Made by a program: the position numbers and the translations under genes
Shown: positions 33,988 through 43,529 of the stretch, one piece after another
Position numbering within the stretch: position 1 is the first letter of the stretch
How the letters are laid out: the number at the start of each line of letters is the position of its first letter
Source of the DNA: Elusimicrobiota bacterium
GTDB lineage: Bacteria > Elusimicrobiota > Elusimicrobia > Elusimicrobiales > UBA9959
Direction of reading: 5' to 3'
Length of the DNA stretch: 59,874 nt
NCBI GenBank assembly: GCA_030651035.1
Contig: JAUSCK010000076.1
Span: forward strand, 1 to 59,874
Notes under the pieces: model-generated
Seen by the model: only the letters and a program-made list of their open reading frames with translations
Told to the model about the DNA's origin: nothing
Database searches by the model: none

Positions 33988-35922
33988 ATGAAACAAAATA
34001 TCGTAGAAAAGATCCTTTCCGCGCACCTCCGTGAGGGAACCCTCGGCGGAGGCGGCGAAATCGGCCTGCGCATCGACCAGACCTTGACACAGGACGCCAC
34101 CGGCACCATGGCCTACCTGCAGTTCGAAGCCATGGGCCTGAAAGAGATAAAAACGGATCTATCGGTTTCCTACGTGGACCACAATACTGTCCAGGTGGGT
34201 TTTGAAAATTCCGACGACCATAAGTACCTGCAGAGCGTGGCCGCGAAATACAGCGTCATTTATTCCAGGCCGGGCAACGGCATCTGCCACCAGGTGCACC
34301 TGGAGCGCTTCGGCAAGCCCGGCACCACCCTGCTTGGTTCCGACAGCCACACCCCGACGGGCGGCGGCATAGGCCAGGTGGCCATGGGCGCCGGCGGCCT
34401 GGACGTGGCCGTGGCTATGGGCGGCGGCCTGTTCTACACCGCGGCCCCTAAAGTCTACCTGGTGCGGCTGGCCGGAGAGCTCGGACCCTGGGTGAGCGCC
34501 AAGGACGTGGTTCTTAAGATGCTCGAACTCCTGACCACCAAAGGCAACGTGGGCGTGATGCTGGAATACGGCGGGCCCGGCGTGAAGAAGCTCTCGGTGC
34601 CGCAGCGCGCCACCATCGCCAACATGGGCGCCGAGATGGGCGTGACTACTTCCGTTTTCCCTTCCGACAGCGTCACCAGGAAATTCCTGAAGGCGCAGGG
34701 CCGCGAGGCCGATTGGACCGGGCTTAAAGCTGACCGGGGCGCAAAATATGCCCGGGTGATCGACCTGGACCTCTCGTCGCTTGAGCCGCTGGCGGCCTGC
34801 CCGCACAGCCCCGGCATTATCAAAAAGATCTCCGAGCTGGAAGGCAAGCCGGTAGACCAGGTCTGCATAGGCTCCTGCACCAACTCCTCCTACAAGGACA
34901 TGATGACGGTGTCCCTGATAATGAAGGGCCGCAAGGTGAATCCCGACGTGAGCCTGGGCGTGGCGCCCGGCTCGCGCCAGGTGCTGCAGCTGATGGCCCG
35001 CAAGGGCGCGCTGTCGGACCTGCTGGACTCCGGCGCCCGCATACTGGAGAGCGCCTGCGGCTTCTGCATAGGCAACCATTTCTCGCCCAAAAGCGGCGCC
35101 GTGTCCCTGCGCACTTCCAACCGCAACTTCGAGGCCCGCAGCGGCACGGCCGACGCGCAGATCTACCTGGTCAGCCCCGAGGTGGCCGCCGTGGCCGCCC
35201 TCACCGGTAAATTCACCGACCCGCGCAAGGCCGGCATAGAATACCCCGCCGTAAAAGAGCCCGCCTCCTTCCTGGCGGACGACTCCATGTTCATAAAGCC
35301 GTCCCCCGGGGGGGCGATGACCGCGGTCTCCCGCGGCCCCAATATAGGCGAGCCGCCCAGGAACGAAAAGATGCCCGAGAAGCTCAGCGGCGCCGTGATG
35401 ATAGTGGTGGGCGACAAGATAACCACCGACCACATCATGCCCGCCGGCGCGCGCCTGAAGTACCGCTCCAACGTGCCGAAATACGCGCAGTTCGTGTTTG
35501 AGAACGTGGACGGCGGCTTCCCGAAGCGCTGCCTTGAAAGCAAGGCCGCCGGCGCGCATAACATCATCGTGGCGGGGGAATCCTACGGCCAGGGCTCCAG
35601 CCGCGAGCACGCGGCCATGTGCCCGATGTACCTGGGAGTGAAAGCGGTGGTGGCCAAATCTTTCGAGCGCATACACGCCGCGAACCTGCTCAATTTCGGT
35701 ATAGCGCCGCTGACCTTCAAAAACCCGGCGGATTACTCCGGCATACAGTCGGGCGACAAGCTGACCTGCGCGGACTGGCGCGCAGCGGCGGCCGAAGGGA
35801 AGCCTGTGCTGCTCAAAAACGAACGCACCGGCGCCTCCATAGAATGCGTTTGCGCGCTTTCCGCGCGCCAGAGAGCCATCCTGACGTCGGGCGGCCTCCT
35901 CAACCATACCACGGGCAAATAA
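33988..35922 (+). CDS. Aconitate hydratase (short single-chain aconitase family)
   Basis: TQDATG, DHN, GICHQVH, GSDSHT, IGSCTN, SACGFCIG, ITTDHI and YGQGSSREHA motifs. Confidence 0.93.
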   Translation: MKQNIVEKILSAHLREGTLGGGGEIGLRIDQTLTQDATGTMAYLQFEAMGLKEIKTDLSVSYVDHNTVQVGFENSDDHKYLQSVAAKYSVIYSRPGNGICHQVHLERFGKPGTTLLGSDSHTPTGGGIGQVAMGAGGLDVAVAMGGGLFYTAAPKVYLVRLAGELGPWVSAKDVVLKMLELLTTKGNVGVMLEYGGPGVKKLSVPQRATIANMGAEMGVTTSVFPSDSVTRKFLKAQGREADWTGLKADRGAKYARVIDLDLSSLEPLAACPHSPGIIKKISELEGKPVDQVCIGSCTNSSYKDMMTVSLIMKGRKVNPDVSLGVAPGSRQVLQLMARKGALSDLLDSGARILESACGFCIGNHFSPKSGAVSLRTSNRNFEARSGTADAQIYLVSPEVAAVAALTGKFTDPRKAGIEYPAVKEPASFLADDSMFIKPSPGGAMTAVSRGPNIGEPPRNEKMPEKLSGAVMIVVGDKITTDHIMPAGARLKYRSNVPKYAQFVFENVDGGFPKRCLESKAAGAHNIIVAGESYGQGSSREHAAMCPMYLGVKAVVAKSFERIHAANLLNFGIAPLTFKNPADYSGIQSGDKLTCADWRAAAAEGKPVLLKNERTGASIECVCALSARQRAILTSGGLLNHTTGK

Positions 35923-35962
35923 AAAGAAAGCAGCAGCCCTGAGAAAGCGAATGCAACAAGAA

Positions 35963-35994
35963 AACCCGGATCCTTCAACTGAAGGATCCGGGTT
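35963..35994. terminator. Intrinsic terminator-like hairpin after aconitase
   Basis: AACCCGGATCCTTCA-AC-TGAAGGATCCGGGTT: 15-bp perfect arms, A-rich upstream, TTAATT downstream. Confidence 0.75.
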
Positions 35995-36037
35995 AATTGC
36001 GCGAGGGCATGACCATATTTCATAAGATATCCGTTAT

Positions 36038-37093
36038 ATGCCGCACAGGACGATCAGAACTTTATTGGCAAAGCTCGCGGGCCCCGCGCTTCCCCTCAGG
36101 GAAACTGCCGCGCAGAAGCTCCGCTTAGCCCTGCAGCTGATCTTCCTGGCGCTGATCCTGGCGATCGGATTCGAATTCCGCAATTTTGTCTCCTCCATCC
36201 TGGAAGGGGGCGCGCTTTCCCGGCGCCCACCGGGCGTGGACGGCTTCCTGCCCATCAGCGCGCTCATGAACCTGCGCCTTTTCGCGTTCTCGGGCGAGCT
36301 CCACCGCGCGCACCCGGCCGGGCTCTTCATCTTGCTGGCGATAATCGCCATGTCCTTCGTGATCGGCAAATCCTTTTGCGGCTGGCTCTGCCCGTTCGGC
36401 TTAATCTCCGAGCTGCTTTACAAGGCGCGGAAATTAGCTTCCCCCTCCCTCAAGCCCCCGCCCGCCTGGCTCGATTACACGCTCGGCGCCTTAAAATACA
36501 TCATCCTGGCGTTCTTCGTCTATATAATTTTCTTCGCCATGGACGCGGCGGCGGTCAAGGCTTTCCTCGACGGGGATTACAACAAGATCTCGGACGTAAA
36601 GATGTACTACTTTTTCGCCCGCATTACCCCGCTGGCCGCCTTCATAACGGCCCTGCTTTTCCTGCTCAGTTTTTTTGTCCCGTACTTCTGGTGCCGCTTC
36701 CTCTGCCCGTACGGCGCGCTGCTGGGCCTGGTCTCCCTGGCGAGCCCCGTTAAAATAAAGCGCGACGCCGGCGCCTGCGTGAGCTGCGGCCTTTGCGCCG
36801 CGGCCTGCCCCCAGGCCATAGCGGTGGACAAGGCGGCCTCGGTTTTATCCGACGAATGCACCGCCTGCGCGCTCTGCCTGGATATCTGCCCCGCGCCCGG
36901 GGCGCTTGAATTGCGGGTAATGGGAACCGGGTTGAAGATAAAAACAAGGCTCCTGCCTTTCCTGGCGGCGTTTATTTTCTGCCTTATCACCGGCCTTGCG
37001 ATGCTAAGCGGGAATTGGCGGGGCGAGGTCAGCGACGACGACTACCGGCGCTTAACGGTGGATTGCGATACCCTGGACCATCCGCGGTGGTAG
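36038..37093 (+). CDS. NapH/MauN-like membrane 4Fe-4S binding protein
   Basis: Two CxxxCP motifs (FCGWLCPFG, WCRFLCPYG), ferredoxin motifs CVSCGLCAAACP and CTACALCLDICP, and multiple TM helices. Confidence 0.88.
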   Translation: MPHRTIRTLLAKLAGPALPLRETAAQKLRLALQLIFLALILAIGFEFRNFVSSILEGGALSRRPPGVDGFLPISALMNLRLFAFSGELHRAHPAGLFILLAIIAMSFVIGKSFCGWLCPFGLISELLYKARKLASPSLKPPPAWLDYTLGALKYIILAFFVYIIFFAMDAAAVKAFLDGDYNKISDVKMYYFFARITPLAAFITALLFLLSFFVPYFWCRFLCPYGALLGLVSLASPVKIKRDAGACVSCGLCAAACPQAIAVDKAASVLSDECTACALCLDICPAPGALELRVMGTGLKIKTRLLPFLAAFIFCLITGLAMLSGNWRGEVSDDDYRRLTVDCDTLDHPRW

Positions 37094-37117
37094 TAGGCTG
37101 GGTGAAAGCGGCCCCGG

Positions 37118-37357
37118 TCAATGGAGCTTGAGCGCGCCGAGCTTCCCGCCCGCCAGCTGGCCGGCCACATCGGCTAAAATAAGCAGCGGCACCGCGCGCC
37201 AGCCAAAACCGGAGAATATCCTTAAGGCAAGGACAAAAGGCACCGGGAGATGCACATACAGCAGCCAAGGTACGGAAAAAGTCACGGTTTTGCTTCTCAG
37301 ATAACCGAAGGGCAGGTTAAAGAGAAAAACCACGAGCAGCAGCAGGTACAGGGGCAT
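37118..37357 (-). CDS. Small membrane protein
   Basis: 79 aa, three hydrophobic helices, FNLPFGY...WLLYVHLPVPF pattern. Confidence 0.65.
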   Translation of the reverse strand: MPLYLLLLVVFLFNLPFGYLRSKTVTFSVPWLLYVHLPVPFVLALRIFSGFGWRAVPLLILADVAGQLAGGKLGALKLH

Positions 37358-37453
37358 TACTTAATATTTTACTATTATCGGCCCGCAATATGCGGGCGGC
37401 ACGGGCTATTCTTTTACGGCTTCCCGGAAACAGCGGGCGGGCGGGCTGGGTTT

Positions 37454-38302
37454 TCAGGGCCTTCCATTCTTCCCCGCAGCGGGAACCTGCTGAGAGCCGG
37501 TTTTTTCAAGCGTGGAGTAATCAAGCTCGCTGCCCAGCACGCTGTGCGGTATGAAATACACAGCCGCGGTGGCCAGGAACGCGGCCAGGACCCACTTGCG
37601 CAGATTAGCCCCGCCCCGCATCACGGAGACCGCCGCGGCGGCCCAGAAAATAAGCGGGAGCAGGGTCTTGTTGTCGGTGAGGTCGTGGCCGAAAGGGAAG
37701 CCGGTCCAGTAGGCGCCGAAAGCGTAATGCTGGGTAAGCGGGCCGAGAATGAACCCGCCGGCGGCCAGGAAAGCCAGGTTAAGGAAGATTACGGATTTCA
37801 TTATAGGCCAGTTCATCAGAGCTGAAAGCGCCAGCCTTACCGAGATCATCATGAAGAAGAACATGAAGAAGATATGCGGAGCCAGGACCCACGCCGGCAC
37901 GGCCCCTTTAAAGCGTGTCACCACCTTCTGCGGCCCGATAAGGCTCCTGGCCCCGTTTTCCACGGCGTAAACGGCATATTCCAGTTTGCCTGCCGGGGGC
38001 TGGTCGGGGGCGAAGGCGCAGGGCCGGTCCGGCGACGCGGTAAAAGGGACGGCGGTTACGGGATCGCTGGTTTTATAGCGCTTCCATTCAATTATTCCCG
38101 AAAGCGGTTTATCTGTTTTTAGTTTCAAACCGCAGTCGTTCGCGCCTATGGTGCAGCTCCTGGGCAGCCGGTAGGAAACTTTAACTCCGGAAGCGGTAAG
38201 CAGCGAGCCCCGCGCAGGGTAGGTGGGCCCCGTCGCCCGCTGGAAAACGGCAAAGCCCGCGGTTATCAGGAAACTTAAGAGCCAAAGTAATATTTTTTTC
38301 AT
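37454..38302 (-). CDS. Membrane protein with a periplasmic domain, downstream of tatC
   Basis: N-terminal TM, soluble region, then four TMs (HIFFMFF...GPLTQHYAFG..WTGFPFGHDLTDNKTL). 4 nt from the tatC stop. Confidence 0.75.
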   Translation of the reverse strand: MKKILLWLLSFLITAGFAVFQRATGPTYPARGSLLTASGVKVSYRLPRSCTIGANDCGLKLKTDKPLSGIIEWKRYKTSDPVTAVPFTASPDRPCAFAPDQPPAGKLEYAVYAVENGARSLIGPQKVVTRFKGAVPAWVLAPHIFFMFFFMMISVRLALSALMNWPIMKSVIFLNLAFLAAGGFILGPLTQHYAFGAYWTGFPFGHDLTDNKTLLPLIFWAAAAVSVMRGGANLRKWVLAAFLATAAVYFIPHSVLGSELDYSTLEKTGSQQVPAAGKNGRP

Positions 38303-38306
38303 TTTA

Positions 38307-39029
38307 TTATTTCACCTTTCCGCGCGACCGCCCGGCGAACCTGGAAACCCAGATGCTTAACTCGTATAAGAGCAGCATCGGCGCGGCAAAAAGAAGCATA
38401 TTGAAAATATCCGAGGTGGGCGTAATCATTGCCGCCGCCACCAATATCCCCACAATGGCGTAACGGTATTTTTGGCGCAGGAAGCGATAATCGAGAACCC
38501 CCAGTCTGCTGAGCACATAGCTTAGGACCGGCATTTCAAAAACAAGGCCGGTACCCAGCACGGTCCAGACGATAAAAGAAATATAGCTCTGCGCCGAGAT
38601 CAGCGGCTGGAGGTCCGGCCCGGCGAAGCCGAGCAGGAACTTAAGCGCCGGAGGGATAAGGATGAAATAGGAGAACAGCGCCCCTGACACAAAGAACGCC
38701 GTAATGAACGCGACAAAAAGGAAGGGGCCGCTTTTTAGCCTGCCGGGGACAGCCGGCTCCACGAACTTCCAGGCCTGGTACAGCAGGAAGGGCATGGAAA
38801 GCATCAGCCCGGCGGCAAAGGAGATATTAAGGTAGACAGCCAGGGCCTCGGTCGGGGAAAAGAACACCAGCTTATCTACAGCGCCGGCAATGGGCCGCTT
38901 TAAAATCCCGAACAGGAAAGAGGAATAATTGAAGGAAACCGCGACCGAGAGGACAAAAAACACCAGCGAGACCAGCAATCTCTTTCTTAGCTCTTCAAAA
39001 TGAAGGCTGAGCGGCCTTTCGGAATCCAT
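38307..39029 (-). CDS. tatC: Twin-arginine translocase subunit TatC
   Basis: LSLHFEELRKRL, SPTEAL, YQAWKFVEP, FEMPV and AAMITPTSD motifs. Confidence 0.95.
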   Translation of the reverse strand: MDSERPLSLHFEELRKRLLVSLVFFVLSVAVSFNYSSFLFGILKRPIAGAVDKLVFFSPTEALAVYLNISFAAGLMLSMPFLLYQAWKFVEPAVPGRLKSGPFLFVAFITAFFVSGALFSYFILIPPALKFLLGFAGPDLQPLISAQSYISFIVWTVLGTGLVFEMPVLSYVLSRLGVLDYRFLRQKYRYAIVGILVAAAMITPTSDIFNMLLFAAPMLLLYELSIWVSRFAGRSRGKVK

Positions 39030-39035
39030 GTAAGG

Positions 39036-39224
39036 CTACTTCTTTTCTGTTACTTCGGGCACGGCCCCCTCCTCGGAGAAACCTTCTTTCACGCCTTTTT
39101 TTAATTCCCTTACCGTTTGTCCCAGCGACCTGGCCAGCTCGGGAAGTTTCTTGGTCCCGAAAAGCAGCACGCCGACAAGCCCGATAAGCAGCAGCTCCGG
39201 GGTATCCATTCCAAATATTCTCAT
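39036..39224 (-). CDS. tatA: Twin-arginine translocase subunit TatA/E
   Basis: PELLLIGLVGVLLFGTKKLPELARSLG. Start at ATG 39224 with GGAGG at 39233-39229. Confidence 0.9.
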   Translation of the reverse strand: MRIFGMDTPELLLIGLVGVLLFGTKKLPELARSLGQTVRELKKGVKEGFSEEGAVPEVTEKK

Positions 39225-39367
39225 ATTACCTCCAAGCCCCGTCCGGGGCTCTATAAGGGCCAACACCTGCGTATCGCCGCGTCAAAAGCCGCCCCTTCGA
39301 ACTGCCTGACGCTGTCCTAATTATACAAATTCAAACCCCACCGCGGAGTTTCCCGGCCTGCAGGCTC

Positions 39368-40690
39368 CTAGCGTCCCGGTGGGCCGGGATCAACCCACCG
39401 CGCGCCCTGGGGACGGAAGCCTGCGCCGAAATCCGGCTTCGGGATCCCGCCGGGTTCCATCCCGGCCTCGGCGGTATACGGCACACCGCCCAGCCTCAGC
39501 CGGCCGGTGAGAATGGGAACTGCGGCTTTAAGGATAGCCGTGTAAATAAAAAATCCGAAAGCCCATACGCCCACGCAGATGAGGGTTTCATTCAGCGTAG
39601 GCAGATACTCCACTATCTCGCCTAGCGGATTCGGGATAAAAGCCGGTATGATAAAGCCCATTCCTTTCTCTATCCACACGCCGACAACCGCAAACACGCA
39701 GGCCAGGTTCAGCCACTTCATGCTGCGCGAAGCGGGCAGCATCAGCAGCGCGATCGCCACCGCCTCAATTGCCAGCGCGGTCCAGATCCAGGGAACCAGC
39801 CCGTTATGCCCGTGCAGGCCGAACATGAGATACTGCATGTGCACGGCGTGCTCGTCGGGGATATAGAGCTCCTTGAACAGCTCGCTGGCGAAAAGGAAGA
39901 GGTTTATAGCTATCGCCACCTGCACCACGTTCCTGAGGCGCAGCATCGCCGCGTCGGCAATGCGGTAGGCGGTGAATTTGCGTATAAGCTGAAGCGTGAG
40001 TATTATGAAGGCGGGACCCGCGGTGAAGGCCGAGGCCAGGAAGCGGGGGGCTATGATCGAGGAATGCCAGAAGGGCCGCGCGGCCAGCCCCTGGTACAGG
40101 AAAGCGGTAACGGTATGTATGCTGACGGCCCAGACTATGGAAAGCAGGACGAACGGGATATACAGGATTTTCAACGGCTCCTTTCTGAGGAACTTCATAT
40201 AAAGGAGGTAGCCGGCTACATAGGCGTTAATGAACAGGTAGCCGTTGAGGACTATGACGTCCCAGGAAAGCATGGAATCAGGCCAGTTGAACTTGCCCAG
40301 GGGCGGCGGCGCCATATGCCAGACCCTCTCCGGGCGGCCGAGGTCCACCGAAACGAACAGTATGCACATCACGATAGAGGCGATAGCCAGGAGCTCGCCG
40401 AAGATGACGACGTCGTGCAGCGGCTCGTCGTGGTAGACGTAAACCGGGATGACCATCATTACCGCGGCGGCGGCCATGCCCACCAGGAAGGTGAAATTGG
40501 CTATATAAAGGCCCCAGGAAACGTGGTCAGACATGCCCGTGGTGCCGAGGCCGTGCACGAGCTGCACGCTGTAGGCGTTCAGCCCCGCCAGCGAAAGCAG
40601 CGCGAGGCCGGACATCCAGGCGTAATAGCGCCAGTCGCCGTCGAGGACCTCGGCGGCGGAAAGGCGGAGGAATTTAAAAAGGTTAAACAT
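39368..40690 (-). CDS. NrfD/PsrC/DsrP-family quinol-interacting membrane subunit (module 2)
   Basis: SWGLYIANFTFLVG, VDLGRPER and APRFLASAF motifs; about 10 TMs. Start at ATG 40690 overlaps the upstream stop. Confidence 0.9.
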   Translation of the reverse strand: MFNLFKFLRLSAAEVLDGDWRYYAWMSGLALLSLAGLNAYSVQLVHGLGTTGMSDHVSWGLYIANFTFLVGMAAAAVMMVIPVYVYHDEPLHDVVIFGELLAIASIVMCILFVSVDLGRPERVWHMAPPPLGKFNWPDSMLSWDVIVLNGYLFINAYVAGYLLYMKFLRKEPLKILYIPFVLLSIVWAVSIHTVTAFLYQGLAARPFWHSSIIAPRFLASAFTAGPAFIILTLQLIRKFTAYRIADAAMLRLRNVVQVAIAINLFLFASELFKELYIPDEHAVHMQYLMFGLHGHNGLVPWIWTALAIEAVAIALLMLPASRSMKWLNLACVFAVVGVWIEKGMGFIIPAFIPNPLGEIVEYLPTLNETLICVGVWAFGFFIYTAILKAAVPILTGRLRLGGVPYTAEAGMEPGGIPKPDFGAGFRPQGARWVDPGPPGR

Positions 40691-41636
40691 CGGTGAAATA
40701 ATAGAACCTGGGTATGGTTCCCCTTTCCTGTTTAAGTATGAAGACGCGCTTGTCGCGTATGATCGCGGCGATCTCGCTGTCAGGGTCAAGCAGGTTCCCG
40801 AACTTCCTTGAGCCGGTGGGGCAGACCTCGAGGCAGGCGGGATATTTCCCCGCGCGCGTCCGGTGCAGGCAGAAGGTGCATTTTTCCATCACGCCTACCT
40901 GCCTGGGCCTGTTCGAAAGGTAGCCCATCTCCGGGTTCAGATCTTCCTTGGGCAGGTAAGGCTCTTTAAAATTGAACCTGCGGGCATGGTAGGGGCAGGC
41001 GGCCGCGCAATAACGGCAGCCTATGCACCAATTATAGTCCACCACTACAATGCCGTCGGGCTCCCGCCAGGTGGCTTTAACGGGACAAACCTTTGTGCAA
41101 GGGGGTTTTTCGCAATGATGGCATTGCACCGGCATGTAATAATGCCCCTTCTTCGGCACCTGGCCCTCATAATCGGTGTTTGAAGTTTCCACGTTCACGG
41201 CGCCCTTTTCCATTTCCAGGACGCTAATGTAATGTATCTGCGGGTCCCGGGACTGGTTGTTTTCGTTCACGCAGGCGTAAACGCATTTCCTGCAGCCTAT
41301 GCAGCGCCCCATGTTCAGGGCGTAGGCGAATTGCACGCCGTCCAGAGGCGGCTGGGCGGTAAGATGAGGAGTGACCCCGTACTTTTCCCGGACCTCGGCG
41401 GAGATCCGCCCGAGTATCTCCTTTTTTTCTTCGGGAGTAAGCTCGGTATAGTGCTTCTGCAGGAACTGCCGCAGGGTCGGGATCTGCGTAAGGTCTTTAA
41501 GCGGGGAAAGGGCCGCCGCCGCAGCAGCAGCAGCGCCAGCCGCGGCAACCGCCAGGAACTGGCGCCGGGTGACGCCGGAACCGTAGGGTTTCGGGTGGAA
41601 ATAGGGGGAGTCGTGCTGATCTTTTTCGTCAGCCAT
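40683..41636 (-). CDS. NrfC/DsrO-like 4x[4Fe-4S] protein with internal Tat motif (module 2)
   Basis: TRRQFL followed by an Ala-rich helix; CIGCRKCVYAC, CHHCEKPPCTKVC, CIGCRYCAAAC and CTFC...ACLEVC. Confidence 0.92.
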   Translation of the reverse strand: MADEKDQHDSPYFHPKPYGSGVTRRQFLAVAAAGAAAAAAAALSPLKDLTQIPTLRQFLQKHYTELTPEEKKEILGRISAEVREKYGVTPHLTAQPPLDGVQFAYALNMGRCIGCRKCVYACVNENNQSRDPQIHYISVLEMEKGAVNVETSNTDYEGQVPKKGHYYMPVQCHHCEKPPCTKVCPVKATWREPDGIVVVDYNWCIGCRYCAAACPYHARRFNFKEPYLPKEDLNPEMGYLSNRPRQVGVMEKCTFCLHRTRAGKYPACLEVCPTGSRKFGNLLDPDSEIAAIIRDKRVFILKQERGTIPRFYYFTDV

Positions 41637-42253
41637 CAGTGTTTAACCCCGGGAGCCGTATATTTCCGCGGAGCCGGCGCGGCGAGCATCGGCTTGAACG
41701 CGGGGGAGTGCGGATCGTGGCAGGCGATGCAGGGCAGCTGCTTCTGCTCACCCGCGGCCTTATTCCAATAGCCGTTGCGGCGGCCGTGCGTGCCGCTGGT
41801 CCAGTCCCTGTAAGTGGTGCCGTGACACTTCCGGCAAAGCGTTTCTACCTTTAAATAAGGGATCTGCCCCCCCCCGTCCTCCGCGAAAAAATCGCGCTTA
41901 GCGTTATTGTGGCAGTTGAAGCAGCGGTTATTGGGGCCGTGCTTTAAAACCACCTTGCTGTGAACTTCTGGCGCCACCCTGGGGTCGCTTGAAGACGGCC
42001 CGGCGGAGGGGTCGTGGCAATCGCCGCAGGCCATACCCTCGGTCTCCAGCCTTTTTTTAAGGGTCCGGGCCGGCGAAATATCGTAATACTGCGGCTTCAC
42101 CACGAAGGCGGGCCCGCCGTGGCCGGCGGCATGCCGGTTAGAATAAAAGAACCAGGCCGCCGCTACGAAAGCCGCGCTGACCGCCAGTAGCAGCCAGTAA
42201 GGAATTTCCGTGTTGCGGAAAGCGTCGGTTTTTTCCCAATCGTGTTCGGCCAT
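41636..42253 (-). CDS. Membrane-anchored tetrahaem cytochrome c (module 2)
   Basis: N-terminal TM; four CxxCH motifs (CGDCH, CFNCH, CRKCH, CIACH). Confidence 0.9.
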   Translation of the reverse strand: MAEHDWEKTDAFRNTEIPYWLLLAVSAAFVAAAWFFYSNRHAAGHGGPAFVVKPQYYDISPARTLKKRLETEGMACGDCHDPSAGPSSSDPRVAPEVHSKVVLKHGPNNRCFNCHNNAKRDFFAEDGGGQIPYLKVETLCRKCHGTTYRDWTSGTHGRRNGYWNKAAGEQKQLPCIACHDPHSPAFKPMLAAPAPRKYTAPGVKH

Positions 42254-42308
42254 AAAAGAAGAAGAGGGCGGCGGCTGAATCTATTGCAGCTGTCCCGTCC
42301 CTGCCAGG

Positions 42309-43529
42309 TTAAGCGGCCGTGGTGGGCGACTTCGAATGGCTCTCTTTTTCCCAAGGGGGGAGCAGGTAAAGGAGTACTGCGAGGATAACCAGGGGGAGCA
42401 GCTCCACGATTATGGCGCTAAACAATCCCTCGCGGCCCACAAGATGCATTTTGTAGGTGGTGAAACCCCTCAGGCTCTTGGAGAAGAACTGCCCGCCTAT
42501 CACGACATTCCACCTCATGGCAAAGATGCCTATCAGGGCAAGGGAGCCTGAGAGCATATAAAAAACCTTGCGCACTTTTTCGGGAAGCTCCACTACCTGC
42601 GTAAGGCCCAGCAGGAACATGGGGGTGAGAGAGCCCAGCATGATCTGGATCAGCATCATGCTGACGAGCAGCTTGCCCTCCACCAGCAGGGTGATGATGT
42701 CGAAATGCTCTTCGGCCTCGTACGCGGTCTGAAGGCTCTCCAGCATCTCCAGCGAAAAGGCCACGATAATAGCCGTCAGCAGGAATTTCCCTATGGTGTC
42801 CAGGCAGGGCATATCAATGACCACGTCGCGTGCCCAGCAAAGGAACATATAGATAAGCATAACGGCCGCAATGCCCGAAGCCATGGCAGAAAAAATAAAG
42901 ATTATGGGCATCAGGGGGCTGGACCACCAGGGGTTGGCCTTGAGAGAACCGAAGATAAACCCCACATAGCCGTGCAGCAGGAGGGCAGAGGGCAGGCCAA
43001 CGACCGTCAGTATCTTGCCCAATTTCTCATCTATCGCAAGGGAGCGCGGAGAAATATTGTCCACGCCTAAAGTGAGGACTTTATAAAAGATGCGCTTGGG
43101 CCAGAAAGTTTCGGAGCGGGACCACTCCACTATCTGCTTGCGATAGTCCAGCCACACCTCCATAAGGAGAACCACCATCAGGTACCACAGGTAGACGAAG
43201 CCGAACATAGCCATGGCCGAAGAGGTATGCGGAGTCATCAGTATCGATATACCCCGCTCCGGATGCCCGAGGTGCAGGTTGAGGGGAAGCGTAGCCACAA
43301 GCAGGAAAGCCAGGGCCACAAGCAGGGAAAGGCGGTAAATAGGTTTTATGGCCTTCACGTTAAATACCCGCTCCAGGGAGGCAAGCACGAAGGCGCCGGC
43401 CACTAGTCCCGTAATGTAAGGGTAAAGGACGATAAGAATGCTCCACTGCAGTTCCAGTTCGTTCGGGTAGATGAAACCGGAAACCAGGGGCAGGGCGTTG
43501 CGCAGTGACTCGATCAATGACATGTCCAT
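42309..43529 (-). CDS. NrfD/PsrC-family membrane subunit (module 1)
   Basis: WSILIVLYPYITGLVAG, LHLGHPER and NPWWSSPLMPIIF motifs; multiple TMs. Confidence 0.9.
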   Translation of the reverse strand: MDMSLIESLRNALPLVSGFIYPNELELQWSILIVLYPYITGLVAGAFVLASLERVFNVKAIKPIYRLSLLVALAFLLVATLPLNLHLGHPERGISILMTPHTSSAMAMFGFVYLWYLMVVLLMEVWLDYRKQIVEWSRSETFWPKRIFYKVLTLGVDNISPRSLAIDEKLGKILTVVGLPSALLLHGYVGFIFGSLKANPWWSSPLMPIIFIFSAMASGIAAVMLIYMFLCWARDVVIDMPCLDTIGKFLLTAIIVAFSLEMLESLQTAYEAEEHFDIITLLVEGKLLVSMMLIQIMLGSLTPMFLLGLTQVVELPEKVRKVFYMLSGSLALIGIFAMRWNVVIGGQFFSKSLRGFTTYKMHLVGREGLFSAIIVELLPLVILAVLLYLLPPWEKESHSKSPTTAA

